Below, one piece after another: positions 1-13,414 of a stretch of 64,000 nt of DNA. Source of the DNA: Cycas panzhihuaensis (taxonomy: Eukaryota; Plantae; Cycadophyta); the NCBI GenBank assembly GCA_023213395.1, contig CM041465.1, positions 187,929,741 to 187,993,740 on the forward strand, read 5' to 3'. How positions within the stretch are numbered: the first letter of the stretch is position 1; every line of letters starts with the position of its first letter. The notes beneath the pieces were generated by a model. It saw only the letters and a program-made list of their open reading frames with translations. It had not been told where the DNA came from and did no database searches. The translations under genes were made by a program, and so were the position numbers.

Positions 1-73
1 TTTTTTTTTTTTCTCTTTTTTCTTCAAAAATCCCTAAACTTCCAAGGTTTTGTTTTTTTTTTTAAGAAACAAA

Positions 74-1043
74 GCTCTGATACCAAAAATATTGATCTTA
101 ATTTGAATGGAAAAGTGAAGACTTAATCCAATTGAAACAAACTCAAAATCAATATACAGTGTAAAACACTTTTATATTTGAAAAATTCTTACAAAATTCT
201 GTTATCTTTATGCTCTACTGAGCATATATAGGACTGCTACAACAATCTGGAATGAAGAAATGTGTGTTCGGCACAACTAGGCCGTTTCATTTTGTCTGGA
301 ATGGTTTACTAGTTTCTAAGAAGTGAGGATTTATCCTCTGTTTTCAGCTGCAAGCCTCTTTTGGGATATCGTCTGACTTGGGGCATCTACGCTGGACTAC
401 TATTGTTGTCTTCATTTTTCCCATGCTACGTCTAAACCTTTTCAAACTCCTCTTGGGCTTCAGGAACAAATTTGGCCCTGCGCTATTATCTCTGCGCTCT
501 TCCTCTGTCCGCTCCCTATTTGTGTCATTGCTACTTGTCTCTGGGACAATGGCGAACTCGTGCACCTCTCCGGGACTGCTATGGCTCTCCTTTCTTTCTC
601 TCTGGCTGCATTTGTGACTTCTGGCCTCCTCAAGTGCTTTTTGTGCCCTCTGTGCATTCTTGTGCGTCCCCCTGTTTTGCCTTGCTGTGCGTTCTCCATT
701 TAAATCTTCATTTTCTTTGAAAGTAAATGATGAAAAACAATTAGTAAAACTGTCTCCTAACTTGTTGACAGGTGTATGATGGAGCTGGGCGGTTTCTATG
801 ATCATCCGATCACTTTCAGGTCGTCGGATCATCATTTGGTCGCACCTGGTCTAGTTCAGGTTGTACCTATTTCAGTTCAGGTCACACCTGGTTCAGTCCA
901 GGTCACACCTGGTTCACTTTGGTCACACCTGCAGACCTCTGGTTGCACCTGCAGATTTTCTGGTTGCACTCTGAATGCATTTCCTTCACTTTTTAGCAGT
1001 CCAAATTATATTCTTCTGATTTAATAGATCCGAAAATGGATCA
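74..1043 (-). mobile_element. PBS (74-85, tRNA-iMet) and 5' LTR (~93-1043) of an LTR retrotransposon whose body lies left of the window; inserted into the RT of the copia element to the right
   Basis: GCTCTGATACCA at 74-85 is the reverse complement of TGGTATCAGAGC. Terminal inverted repeat TGATC (93) ... GATCA (1043). The copia RT frame (GYAQQSGIDFDEI) stops abruptly at 1044. Confidence 0.65.
838..970. repeat. Degenerate 10/21-bp tandem repeat (GGTCACACCT / GGTTGCACCT) inside the LTR
   Basis: Repeated caggtcacacctggttca and ggttgcacct units are read directly. Confidence 0.75.
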
Positions 1044-4000
1044 AGATTTCATCAAAATCTATACCTGATTGCTGTGCATACCCCTTAGCCACCAATTAAG
1101 CTCTATTTCACTCAACCACACTATCAACATCCCTTTTCAGCTTAAAGACCCACTGATTTCCTATGGCTTTGCGACTTGCAGGCAATTCCATCAGCTCCCA
1201 TGTTTTGTTTTTACTTAGGGCCTCCATTTCCTCCTCCATGGCAATCCACCATTTGCTTGCTTCTTCGCCCTCACAAGCTTCATGAAATGAGCTAGGCTCA
1301 CCAACATCAGTAACTAATGCAAAAGTTGAATGTGCATTAAGAGTATACCTTTAGGGTGGCTTAGATATTCTAGTGGATCTCCTAATCCAATGAGATCCAT
1401 CAACCTGTGGTTGCTCAAGTTGTTGTTCTTCCTGTTTAGTCACGATATTTTGTTGTTCAAGTTCTTGATTTTCATCTTTTCCATAGCATCATCTTCCACT
1501 TTTATTTCCTTAGTAGGTATAGCATCTATTGTTTGTTCTTCTTCAACTTTCTGCATGGATTTCTCATTAAATACCACATCTCAGTTAATGATAAGCTTGT
1601 GGGCAGTTGTATCCCATAGCTTGTACCCTTTTGTTCCATCATCATATCCAAGAAAAATACACTTCTTGGACTTTGCGTCCAACTTGGACCTTTGTTCATT
1701 TAAGACATGGGCATAAGCATCACAACCAAAAACAACTAAATGGGAATAATTAATAGGTTTTCTTGTCCATACCTCTTCATGAATCTTCCTGTCTATAGCT
1801 GTAGTGGGTGACTTGTTGATCAGGTAAGCACGTATATTTAGAGCCTCAACTCAAAATTCTTGCCCCAAACTAGCAATGCTGAGAATATACGTGGCATGCT
1901 CCATAATGGTACGGTTCATCCTCTCAACTTCCTCATTTTGGTGTGGGGTGCTGGGAATTGTTTATTGCCTGGCTATTCCATGTTCACTACAAAATTGATC
2001 AAATTCCTTTGAGCAAAACTCTCTCCCATTGTTTGTCTTGAGACACTTAATGCTCTTACCCATCTGTTTCTCTACAAGAGCTTTGAGTTTCTTAAAACAA
2101 TCTAAGGCATCTGACTTCTTCTTGACAAGAAACACCCATACTTTAAGAAAGTAGTCATCAATGAATGACACAAAATACAGTGACCCTCCTAATGAAGCTA
2201 TGGGTGTAGGTCCAAAATAGTCTGAATATAACAACTGCAAAAAAAATGAACTTCTAGTAGTGCATCTAGCAAATTGAAGCCTATTTTGTTTTCCAAACAA
2301 ACAATGTTCACAAAAATTGAGAACAAGAGATTTTAAACTTGGCAGAAGGTTTCTGTCGAGTAGTATCTTTAGTCCTCTCTCACTCATGTGGCCCAGGGAT
2401 TGATGCCATAAAGTTACCGAATACATGGCACCTGTTGTTGCCACCGCAACCTGCCCAGTTATAGTCTCTCCAATTAGCTTATACAAATTGTGTTCACATT
2501 TCTTGGCCTTCATCACTACTAGAGCTCCCTTAGAGACCTTTAAACAACTTTTCTCACTACTGTATTTATAGCCTAGCTCATCAAACTCACCTGAAGACAA
2601 CAAGTTCTTCTTTAGCCTTAGAACATGGCGAATTCTTTGAATGGTACAAACAACTCCATCATACATCTTCAGCTTGACTTCTCCTTCTCCTAGAATGTTG
2701 CATGAGTTATCGTTGCCCATGTAGACTGTGCCTCCATCACATGACTGGTATGAGGAGAATCAGTCCCTGTGTGGTGTCATATGGAATGAAGCCGAGTCCA
2801 ATAGTCATATGTGTAACAATTATTCTTGAGAGTTTGCTGAAAGCACTTCACCATCTTCATGTGATCCTAAATTTTCAACTATGTTTGCATCTGAGCTTTG
2901 CGAATTGACTTTTTCTGCTTCTACTTTCAGTAGCTTGCAATCTTTCTTAAGATGCCCAGACTTCCCATAATGCCAACATTTCCCCCTTCTTCGCATCTTA
3001 GACTTCGACCTGGAATGAGATCTATTCGATTGATTTCTTTTCGTGGTCTTGTCCCTTACAAATAGGGCATCATTGGAAGACCCACTTTGAGATGTCTTTC
3101 GCCTCGATTCCTCTTCCAACAATGCGGCCGCCACATCATCGTAAATGAGGGTCTCAAAAGGATTTATATTGCTGAGCATCATCACCAGTTGGTCCCATGA
3201 GTCTAGTAGTGAACAAAGTAGGGTTGTAGCCTTATCTTCCTCCTCGATCTTCACGTCCATTGAACTTAGCTTGTTAATCAATATGTTGAACTTGTACAGA
3301 TGGTCTTCAATTGGCGTTCTGTCCTTCATTCTCAGATTGTACAATTGTCTTTGCAGAAAAATCCAGTTTGATAATGACTTTGTTTCATACAACTTATTGA
3401 GTTTATCCCAAAGCACCTTTGTTGTTGTCTCCTTTGCTACATTGAACATAACTGAACCGGCTAGCGATAGATGAATATCTGCCCTAGCTTTTGCATCCAT
3501 AACGTCCTAATCTTTTACAGACATTGTTGGTTTGGTCGTCACACCCTTAAGGGCTAGAGCACAACTATCTTTAACCAACAATGCTTTGATCTTCAGTTTT
3601 CATAGAGCAAAGCTTGACCCATCGAACTTCTCTATCTCAAATTTGGTCATACTCAGTTTTGACTTCTTGCTATCGTGTGCGCAACCGCGAGACAAACAAA
3701 CCCTCAACTCTGATATCAACTGTAAGATAAAAATAACAATGCACAAACACTAAACAAGCAATGAAGCCAAAAGAGAGTACAAGAGAACAACACCTATTTT
3801 TACGTGGAAAACCTTGGTAGAGTGCCAAGGTAAAAACCACTGGGCAAAGGTCTCTCCTTTATTAGCAACAAGATCATAATTTTTTTTTGTGTACATGTAT
3901 GTCAATACAACAGCTTGATCGGACTTATATCAGAAAAACACCAACCCCAAAACTGCGCCAAAAAGCCACAACAAAAAAAACTGTGCCTAAAAACAAAAAG

Positions 4001-4081
4001 CAGAAAGTTGCTGTAAACTAGTCATCATGTTGGAAACCAAAATTGACTTCACATCCAACACTAAATTCATATGCACCAACA
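1044..4081 (-). mobile_element. Ty1/copia (Tnt1/Tork-like) element, decayed: 5' LTR from 3721 (end ~4060-4081), degenerate PBS 3707-3718, gag-PR-INT and start of RT
   Basis: Gag with QRQLYNLRM and knuckle CWHYGKSGHLKKDC. Protease LDSASFHMTPHRD. LWHQSLGHMSE, CEHCLFGKQ and FIDDY motifs. RT start AMEEEMEALSKNKTWEL...LVAKGY. Multiple stops. The LTR right end is uncertain. Confidence 0.9.
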
Positions 4082-4683
4082 AAAGTGAAAATAGTGATTG
4101 ATGGCTGTGCTTTTGAGCCATCGTTTTGATTTAGTGAGCTATCGTTGGACATTTAGATAGTAGTTGGTTTGAGGAGAAAGTCATTTGAAAAATGAGTGAA
4201 ACATTATAAAAATTGAGAATTCACTTTGTAGATCTGTCTTTAGGCCTTGGGTGGCCTTTGCAGAAGAGGTTTCGCTAAGAAATGTTAAGAAACAAAGAAG
4301 AAAATTGAGATTGAATTGCCACTTTTGGCATTTGGACGCCAAATTAGAAAAGTGATCAATGAGTGTGAAGAAACACTGATATACATCATTAAGATCTTGA
4401 TTATGCACATCAAGCATTAAGAGAACAATACATAGGTATTTACATCGGAAACCCTTACAAGAGAAAACCCATAGTCGAATTCAGGATAACTTTATTATAT
4501 TAAACACAACTTGGTTTCGTTACCTGTTAGGATCACTTGACCTTGATGGTCAGGCTTGTTAAGGCCTGATGCACATTGGTACACTCATACGTTGTTTCGT
4601 ATATGTTGATTGTTGTTTGATATTGAATAACATATATGGGGTTCATATTTGTAATACCCCAAGTAGTACATCCATCCAATGGC

Positions 4684-5395
4684 TGTTGACTTAAAATTTG
4701 CTCCCTATTGAGAGTTATCCACTTGTCAAGGTTTCCAATGTAGTCTAGGGTGTGTGCACATGGTCAACATTCATATTATTCATCATTTATGCCACATAAG
4801 TCCACAACTCATTCATACACACAACAATCACCATGCATTCCCTTTTGAGTACACATGTAATCCACGTAACTCTATAATATTATTAAATAATAGTCACTGT
4901 CTTTACATCATATCTTTGCCCATACACTACTCGCTGGTCATCTGTACCAAACTAGACCCAAAAGGATTAGTTAACTTGGCTCTCACATCCATCCCAATGG
5001 ACGGATGTGCTTATATACATTATGCGCCCTTACTGAGGAACGATTGTGACTAAATTCATAACCATCCGCTTTTCTTAATGGACACCCTTTCACTAATTAA
5101 TTCATTCTGCTGCTTGATTAATTGTTCATTCGTTCGTACAGTTTGGTCCACGTTTCTTTTCTTTGCTCAATTCGTTCTGTGAATGTTCCTGATGTGTTCC
5201 TGGCTGTGCAACGTGCATTCCTTCACTGTGCAGTGTGTTCTTGTGACGGAATGGTCCTATTTTTTGGCTGCTTTTCGTCTGCCCTTCTTCCAGAATGCAT
5301 TTTGAATGGTTGCCATGCAATTATCCACTATTTCAACCAGATTTCATCATACATTTCCCTTCACGGACGCACAGGTATCAATTTCATTTGCAACA
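4684..5395 (-). mobile_element. Solo LTR related to the gypsy A LTR
   Basis: TGTTGAC...GCAACA flanked by perfect TSD ATGGC (4679-4683 / 5396-5400). Reverse-complement similarity to 17004-17719. Confidence 0.9.
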
Positions 5396-5486
5396 ATGGC
5401 TGTGACTCTTGATCATGTCTTATAACATTTCATCATGTTCTATGACTCTTCATCATGTCTTGTCGAATATTCAATATTCATGTCTC

Positions 5487-5939
5487 TGTTACGAAGTTAC
5501 ACCTTATGCATATTTGAAATACATACAAACAACAAAAAATAGCAGAAGTATAGAGCCAAAATTATGGAGAGGATTCTCCATGTATTGAATTCCCAAAGAT
5601 GAAGTACAGAGTCTCTTTATATAGTATGGTCAAGGCCCTCACATTGTAGCTGACCTCATGAGGAGAAAAATATCTTTACAAAAACCGACTTCAATGATAC
5701 AATAAACATTTACACCATAACATAATTTATTTTGGCTGACTTACTTATATTATGGCCGACTTCCATATAAACTGGGATGCTCATACTGAACTTGGGTATA
5801 TTGTAGGCTGACCTACAAACAAGTATATTAGTCATTCTGGCTGACTAACATATAGTACAATAGATACCTTTTGAGACTGTATTTATTGATGTCTTAATTC
5901 CAGAGTTTGCCCTTAGTCAGATGTGCATTATTGTTAATA
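5487..5939 (-). mobile_element. Solo LTR (453 bp, unrelated family)
   Basis: TGTTA...TAATA (decayed TAACA) flanked by perfect TSD GTCTC (5482-5486 / 5940-5944). TATA-like CTATATAAAG on the minus strand near 5615-5624. The host LTR C resumes at 5940. Confidence 0.85.
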
Positions 5940-6322
5940 GTCTCTTTGTATCTCCTGGCTACACTACATGAGTCACTAGCCTAACACAAAGTTAGGCTCA
6001 ACTGGGTTCACTAACATCCCCCTTTAATGCGAATGTGCGATCATAGCTTCTAATCAATTTCATTATCATAGGTGAAGGTAGAAATTGTCCTTGCTGTCAT
6101 GTTTGCATTTGACACATCCCCCCTAAAGGATAATTTTGCTCAAATCCAAACTAACACATTTTTGAGCCTTCAAAGCACCATTACACGGTTTCTCTGCATG
6201 CCACACACCTGCAAAGGTCTTCACACTTTTGAATGGGATCAGTTTCCTCTTTTCAATGGTTCCTTTTGCATTGAACCCACTCTACTCTAGTTTCGCTTTA
6301 GCTTCTAGCTTTTCAAGTGGCC

Positions 6323-9295
6323 TGTGTTTTTTTCTTTTTTAGATAGTGGAATCACGTCTATGGGGATGGCAACTACACCTAGTTAGAACAAGACAATCAA
6401 CAGAAGGTTCTGGGGCAAAGGGATCAAACCAACCAGTGTAAGGGAGCACCCACACAGGGCGTCTGTGCGTCAGAACGCAGGTTTGGGACTCATGAATGGC
6501 ACACGACTTCCTCAAGGTAACTTGGCTTTTGACTTTGAAGGGGAGCGTAGGTGAGGGATATCCTCTGTTGCCCTAGTAACATCAAAGCAAGGGTCTTCCC
6601 ACCCTTGGATGGCTGGAAGGGGAAGGCAAGACCCAATGAAGGAACAGGTCCTCGCAGAAAGCGGGCTAAAGGATGTAGGTGGAGGGTGTGTAGGTATGGT
6701 GAAGAAAGTAAAAGGACCTTAGGGAATAGATCCTCTAGGAACTAATCCACCTAGCGGGAGAGTCAGATGGATAAAGAGTGGTAGCGGAAAGAGTTCCTGC
6801 CACTCTTTTGTGCGAGGGGGTTCTTAGTCTCTATAGGCACAATGGAACAAAGACTAGTCGTATGTGTGCAAATGAGAGACAAAATAAGCATACAAGTGCA
6901 AAGAACAATAAATACTCTCTCTCAAAAGCGGATCCTCGCTCTTATTTCGTTTTTTAAAACAAAAGGAAAAAGAGAAAGCAATAAACCTAGGTATCATGCA
7001 ACATGCATGTCAATGCATTTGGGTGGAAGAGAGAAGGGGATGATCCTTAATGAATGCTCTTTCCTACAATGCAAACTAATGTTCAAGATAATGATGATAG
7101 GTTCTCTTTTCTCTTTTATTCCCTTATTGTCTTTTATGCAAGTGCGCAAGCTAAAGGAAACATGAAAAGACTTGTGAAATGAGAAAGGCGTACTTGGAAG
7201 AACGAAGTGGCTGAAACGTGGTCTTCACTTTGCACTACGCCCGCTCCCTCTTTTCCCTTCTCCCGTAGCGTGAGCAGCGTGGGGTTTCCTTACCTCCCCT
7301 AAGAACGAAAGGAAAGGAACAAGGAAATGCGAAGGAAAAAGGAACTGTGAAAGAGTAAAGTAGCCAAAGGGAAAGAGGCCAAAGAACATACCTGGATTGT
7401 TGCCGCTTACCTCTCTCCACCGACGGTGTAGCAAACCTACAATCACAAAGTTCTTTGCCCTTCCCGAAAGGGCTGCTAGGATACAAAAGCAATATATGTA
7501 TTCTTATACGAAAGTAAACTACTGAAATGTTACAAATTAGAATGTTGTAAGTTAGATAATCTTCCACCAAAAGTGAGTCAACAAACTCTCAAGGAAACCA
7601 ACAACACATGCCAAAGCAAAGGGAGTTTAGCCTCAGAATGGCTAACCCTCTGGCAAATGCACCTTCACGCTGCCCTTAGGTGCAGGGTACAACAGATTAG
7701 GACAGCCTATTAGTAGTGGATAGGAAAGGAAACAAATGTTACAAAGTTTGTAAAAGCTGCCTATGTTGCAAGTAAGCTATGGGCAGCAAAATGCAACATG
7801 GGCTATGCTAGGACCCTGGATGAATATGGGACACCGTTTGGGGTTGGAGAAGATGCCCAAAAGAGGCGTGCATGCCTGGAAACAGCGCAACAAGGGCTGC
7901 ATACGCTAAAATCCAACGCAGGCCTAATCCCAAAGACTGCCCGGTGACTCAAGAGAGGCACGAGTGAAGGAGAGGAAAGAGGAGAAGTGGTTTGCCCTTG
8001 AGGAGCAGGCCTAGTGGGTATGGATCCCGCCTTGGTTCCTTTCACTCACTCTTTATGAGTCCTCTCCTATAGCCTCCTAGAAAAAACCGGGGGAGGATAG
8101 GGAGATCAAGAGGGCAAGAAGACAAGGAACGGAGAGATACCTCCTGTGTGCAGCAAAGAAGACAAGGAAAGGAATAATGTGCTCAAAACCTAACCTTTTA
8201 CAAGACAAACCTAAGGAAAACTATGGAACAATAATGGAAAATACCTGCTGGGCTGTGTGAGAGGCATATCTACCCTTGTAGACAGCAGAAAAAGGCAGAT
8301 CTGGTATGCTTACAGGATATCCTTAGGAAGGTGCTGCAATGGAAACACACTTGCTGAAAGTTGCAGGAAGGGCGTGGAGGCCACACTTGGGCATGAATCC
8401 TTGCTTAGAGGTGTTAGTTGGCGAGCCTGCTGCCGCGGATTAGAGCTGCAATCGGCGGATCTCAGGCTGGAACACAGGGAACTTGGACGTTGTAGGGCGC
8501 CCTTGCAGAAAACTCCTGTGAAAGAGAGAGAAGAGAGCAAGGAAGGTGATAGAAGAAGAAGGAAAATGAGGTCATTTTGGGCTTTATACCTAACCCTAGG
8601 TTGAATAGACGATTAGGGTTAAGGCAAGGCTTGAGAGGTGTCGAAGCCAAGTGACAATTTCATGAAAAAAGCGAAATTTGCCACGACAGATTTTAAAAAA
8701 CAAGTTATGACAGTCGCCCCGTGGCAAACTTCACGGTACCGCAAAGTTTACCGTGGTATCGCGACATTTGCCGCGGTGCGGTGACAGAGACCAAAGTAAG
8801 CCAAAAGGAGGATGCCTGGGAGCCTAAAAGGGGGTACCCCAGGTTTAGGAGGGATCGGCCCTCTGTCCAGATGGCTGGGGACAGTCAAATAGAGAAGATG
8901 ATCCAAACTGGATGGGGTACCGAAGTGGCAGAACTTCCAGGAAACCGATAATTGACATAAGGATCAACCAATCTCAAGGGTTGTGATGTGGTGAGGGGGG
9001 TGTGACGGATCACACGGGTTAAGAAGTGCTAAGGACAATGTGGAGGTGCGTAGGAGGGTTGTGGAGTGCCATGGGGATGCATGTCCCATTGATCGTTATA
9101 GGCTAAAAAAATGACAAGCAGCATGATCAAGCAACAGGTGCAAGGTGATCACTCAAACGTGACAATCAGTCATGCAATGAGATGATGCTTCTATCTACCT
9201 TTCCAAAGAAGCAGTAAAGGCGAAAGGGAAGAAGCATACCTGCCCTTACCTGAGTCGACCTGCCAAGAACCCATTCCTGGGAGCTGGAAAACAAA
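6323..9295. other. GC-richer non-coding ~3-kb block, probably an inserted long solo LTR
   Basis: Compositional shift, CpG retained, no recognisable protein motif. Ends are TGTGTTTT...GAAAACA-like, but there is no clean TSD. Confidence 0.3.
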
Positions 9296-11989
9296 TAGCC
9301 TTCATATGTGGGTGATATATGGCAATGTGGCCTCACCTGCACTCTAAACAATAACACAGGGCTTTGCATGCCTTCAACATAGCCCTTCATGGCTTTAACA
9401 TGTACCTATGCAACCTTCTACACCACAACACAACTTCAATGTTGCCTAAACATCTACAAATGTCTTAATAATAACACAAATTTTGCTTGATGAGTGAATC
9501 TATGTTTGAATAGGTATATACAGAGCACCTCATTTCAAACACTTCAACATAGTCTCATCAAATTTTTTGTTCAACATACATTTATTTGAGTGGCTCTCAG
9601 AGATTTCACAAATTTCACTGTGGCTTCAATATTCCATCAACGTTCGCGATCCACATGTAGCTTCACTAACCAAAGGCTTCACATGCAACTTTTGAAGCAT
9701 CACATGCTTCAACCTGGCCTATACATGCATCAATGCGCATTCTAATGGCTTCAAATGATTGTTAAACCCTTTTGAACTGCCTTTATTTTATTAAGAAAGT
9801 TTACACATTTTGAATTGGTGAGTGTGGCTTCTCACTTCAAGACGTACAAATGCGGCCTCCATGATTGGCTTCTCCAAGGTTTTCGCACCAAATACGACCT
9901 CACACCTATTTCACACTACTCCAAATTGCATCATTAATGTTTATATTCTTTGAAAAACACCCTTGAAGCTTCTTTTGGCTACATGGGATTTCATTGGTTT
10001 TATGATTGTGATATTTTGCATTGTATGACTTCTTATGTGGCCCACACATTCACACATGTCCCCCATGCTTTATTCTACTTCAATACGCTCTTCCACGACC
10101 TCTACATGTTTGTCTGTGGATTGAAATTGCTTTAGAAGGCTTTTCATTCACCTTTAGTGGCTTTCAAACTCTTCCATAGCTTTTAAACAACTCTCACACA
10201 ACTTCAAATGACTCGCATGGCCTTCAAAACACTTCTTTACAAGCTTCATATGACATCACATAGCTTCTCACGGGCTTCAAGCCTAATATGGCCTTGAAGT
10301 GTCCTCACATGGTTCATATGGAGCTCACCATTGCTCAAACAACCTTCAAATGACTTTCTTTGAGGTCTATTAGCCTTACAACTGCCATATAGACATCCGA
10401 CATCTCCACTCTTGACAAGCTCTAAACAAACTTTGCTTACCTTTGTATAGCTTGAGTATACAATGCTAACAGTTCATATGTGGCCTCCATGTTTTCAAGC
10501 ATGGCTTCACATACTCTAGAAATGGCTTTCATACAGCTCTCCAAAGCCATGTAGCCCTCACTACACATCACAAACACCTTACACATGGCCCAATGCGATA
10601 TATCATGCAATGCTATGACAACCCACACATCAAAGGAAGCTTTATGCAATGCAAACAACTCATACGCCTTTCAACAAACTTTGTATGGACGCCCACACAT
10701 TATTTGTAATGCACAACTTCAACTGTGGCACTCTAAACATTTTGGAATGCCTGCAAATGTCTCTCACAATGAATTCTTGCTTTGGATTGCTTCGAAAAAC
10801 TCACTTGGTGCTTGTGTTTCTTCAAATGACTTGGTACAAGTTTAAAATACTCTATATGTTGTTTTGCATGTTACTAGTGCTTTGGATTACTTCTCCACGG
10901 CTTTTACACTTCATATGGCACTCAACCTCAATAGGTAATGGCGTTTTGCAGTTCCACACTACTTTTCGATGCTTGTATGGCATCTTCACGGTGTTCCAAT
11001 GTAATGCACATCATTTATGGCTTTGTGTTGACTTGAATATGTTCAATAAATGAATTTGCTCTTTTATTTTGAATGCAAATGGAGAATATCCCTTTATGAG
11101 CAATGATTGCGACATTTGTAAAGCTCCTATGCGATTTAAAGAACATCTGAATAATAAATATATTATAGACCAAGGTTTATAATTGTTAACTCCCACTTTT
11201 GCCCCATGAAAGTACACTTCTCAAGGGGGTCACTATCCAATAGTGTAGTTAGGGTTTGCTCAACATAGCAATATCATCATGGATCACACATATGCCATGC
11301 TAGTAATCATCATCATACCATGCATTTCCACATAACTTGTTATTTCATTAAGCAATATCACTATCAAATGTCTTTTACACCACTAGGGGTGGGCGGGGGG
11401 GGGGGGGGGGGAGTTCCACATGCGTTCCAACATAATATTCCCTACATAAACTTGACTCACACCTTTGAGACCATAATACAGACTCAATGGCTTGGCTCTC
11501 ACCATTGGAATGGTCTGGAATGACAATAAATAAATTATGTGTGCCTTTTTGAGAAATGTTTGAGACTTTTGGTCATAACTGTACCTTTTGATGACAAATT
11601 ATACCTTTTTACTTAATACACATTAATTATGCCTCTTAACACCTTTTTTCATCCATACAACTGTACAACCATACCACTTAGAATGATGCTAACATCTCTT
11701 GAATGTACGGTTTCGATCTGGGCGTGCGTTCCATGCATTCCTCACTATGCATTCCAAATTGTTTGTGTTTCATTTCAGAATGCAACTTGATGCATTCCTG
11801 AATTCTTCAAGTTAGGATAAGCATGCATTCCTACATTTCCATTGTCCAAAATCACTCGGGTATCAAATTTTACCCCAACATCTATCCTGAGTCAACAAAA
11901 TGGGTTGAGCATCCTTGTTCAATCCAAAATTTCAAAACTTTTTATTTTGCTTCTCTCCCTACTCTATATCAAGTCTCCTCTTGCTATCC

Positions 11990-12960
11990 TGGATTTGTTG
12001 TAGCTTCACTTGCCTTCAGTATGTCTTTGTTGATTTGGGTGAGGATGGTTATAATTGCATCCTTCTCCTTCAATGTTTCTTTCAAGGTGACAATTTTCAC
12101 TTTGTAACTTGGCTTCATCTCTTCCACCATTTGGATGATTTGTTGGCTCTTCCCTTCCATAGATATTGGCTTTGGTGAAGATGTTTCCCTTGGTTAGTTA
12201 AAATGAGTGAATTTTTCTTTGGCTAGTGCCCACTCCTCCAACGAGGGCTTTGACTCCAATTCTTTCTCTTTCGCTACTTCCCCTTGCCTCTTCACCACCT
12301 ATTTGGAGCGGCGACGAATAGGGCTACTTGGCATTTCTTGTAGTCACTCTAGTATCCTTCCCATCTCCTTTTTCACTTTCCTTCTGATCTCCATGTCTTG
12401 AGTATTTTTTGAAAATGCCTCCACCCATTGTTTGATCAATGGTTCATGTGGACGAAGAGGTTGTTGCAGCGGTTGTGTTCCTAGACATTGATGCAATAAG
12501 ATGGCCAACAACAATGAAGGATGTCGGAAGGGATGAGTGCCGATCTCTTGGATTTGTTGGTTCAGGTTTGTTGCCAAGAACTCTGACCAATTAAGCTAAA
12601 CTCCATCCCGAATTTGTGTCAACACTGACATCACTCCCCTTGGAATGTATGTGTACTTTTGCTTTGGTAGGAATTGGGCGACAACCATTTTGCCACCCAT
12701 TGTAATATGATATCTCTGATATCCACAACTCTAACTCCATTGGAGAATATTTGAGTGTTATCCTTGCACATCTCCCTCACCCATGTCTCATGATCAACCT
12801 TTGATTGCTTGGTAGAAGTTGGAACGTTCCCCTCCTTGAGAAGTCTTGTGACAGTATGGATAATATTCACATCTAATTGAATGCGTCCCACATTCTTTTT
12901 CAACATTGATGGAATTTGCTCCATCAACTCTAGGTCCTAATGCAATGGAACCAAGTGTAT
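11990..12960 (-). pseudogene. Extra 3' ORF of gypsy D (downstream of integrase), disrupted
   Basis: IHTVTRLLKEGNVPT...WVREMC...HPFRHPSLLLA...KEKDAIITILTQIN. Homologous to 30617-31695. Confidence 0.75.
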
Positions 12961-13086
12961 ATATTCTTGACACTGTTTTGTTTTAGAATGTATAATGTAT
13001 TTATGAGGAACGTATGCTTAAAAATTCACTCTTTGTTTTATATCAATGTTTTCTTTTCTTCTTTTGTTTTTTTATATATCCTCAAT

Positions 13087-13089
<3 letters not shown>

Positions 13090-13122
<33 letters not shown>

Positions 13123-13166
13123 TTCTATTTTTTTTCATGATAACTATTTTTTCATTCTTTGTATTC

Positions 13167-13211
<45 letters not shown>
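13090..13211. repeat. (CA)n and (CT)n microsatellites
   Basis: Direct reading: (CA) run ~13090-13116 and (CT) run ~13170-13211. Confidence 0.95.
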
Positions 13212-13215
<4 letters not shown>

Positions 13216-13414
13216 TTAAATAATAGATCCCTTTTTTTTTCTCAAGATATTGCTATATGGTGATTTTGCTTAAGTGTATGGTTGAAGTTATGGTTATTTT
13301 TTCCATTTTTTTGATTTTTTTTTTTCTTGTATTTTCTATTTACGCACCAGACTGGAATCATGTTTTGGCACTGGACAACCTTGATTGCCTCCAACTTCAA
13401 GCAACACATTATAA

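Noticed and set aside
344-835. 163-aa ORF and overlapping ORFs
   Set aside because: They lie within an LTR, are low complexity and show no recognisable domain.
1120-1145. Apparent LTR end plus PPT (TCAACA-TCCCTTTT), which would imply a shared tandem LTR
   Set aside because: It is coding sequence of the copia RT (WVFKLKRDVDS), which continues in frame to ~1044.
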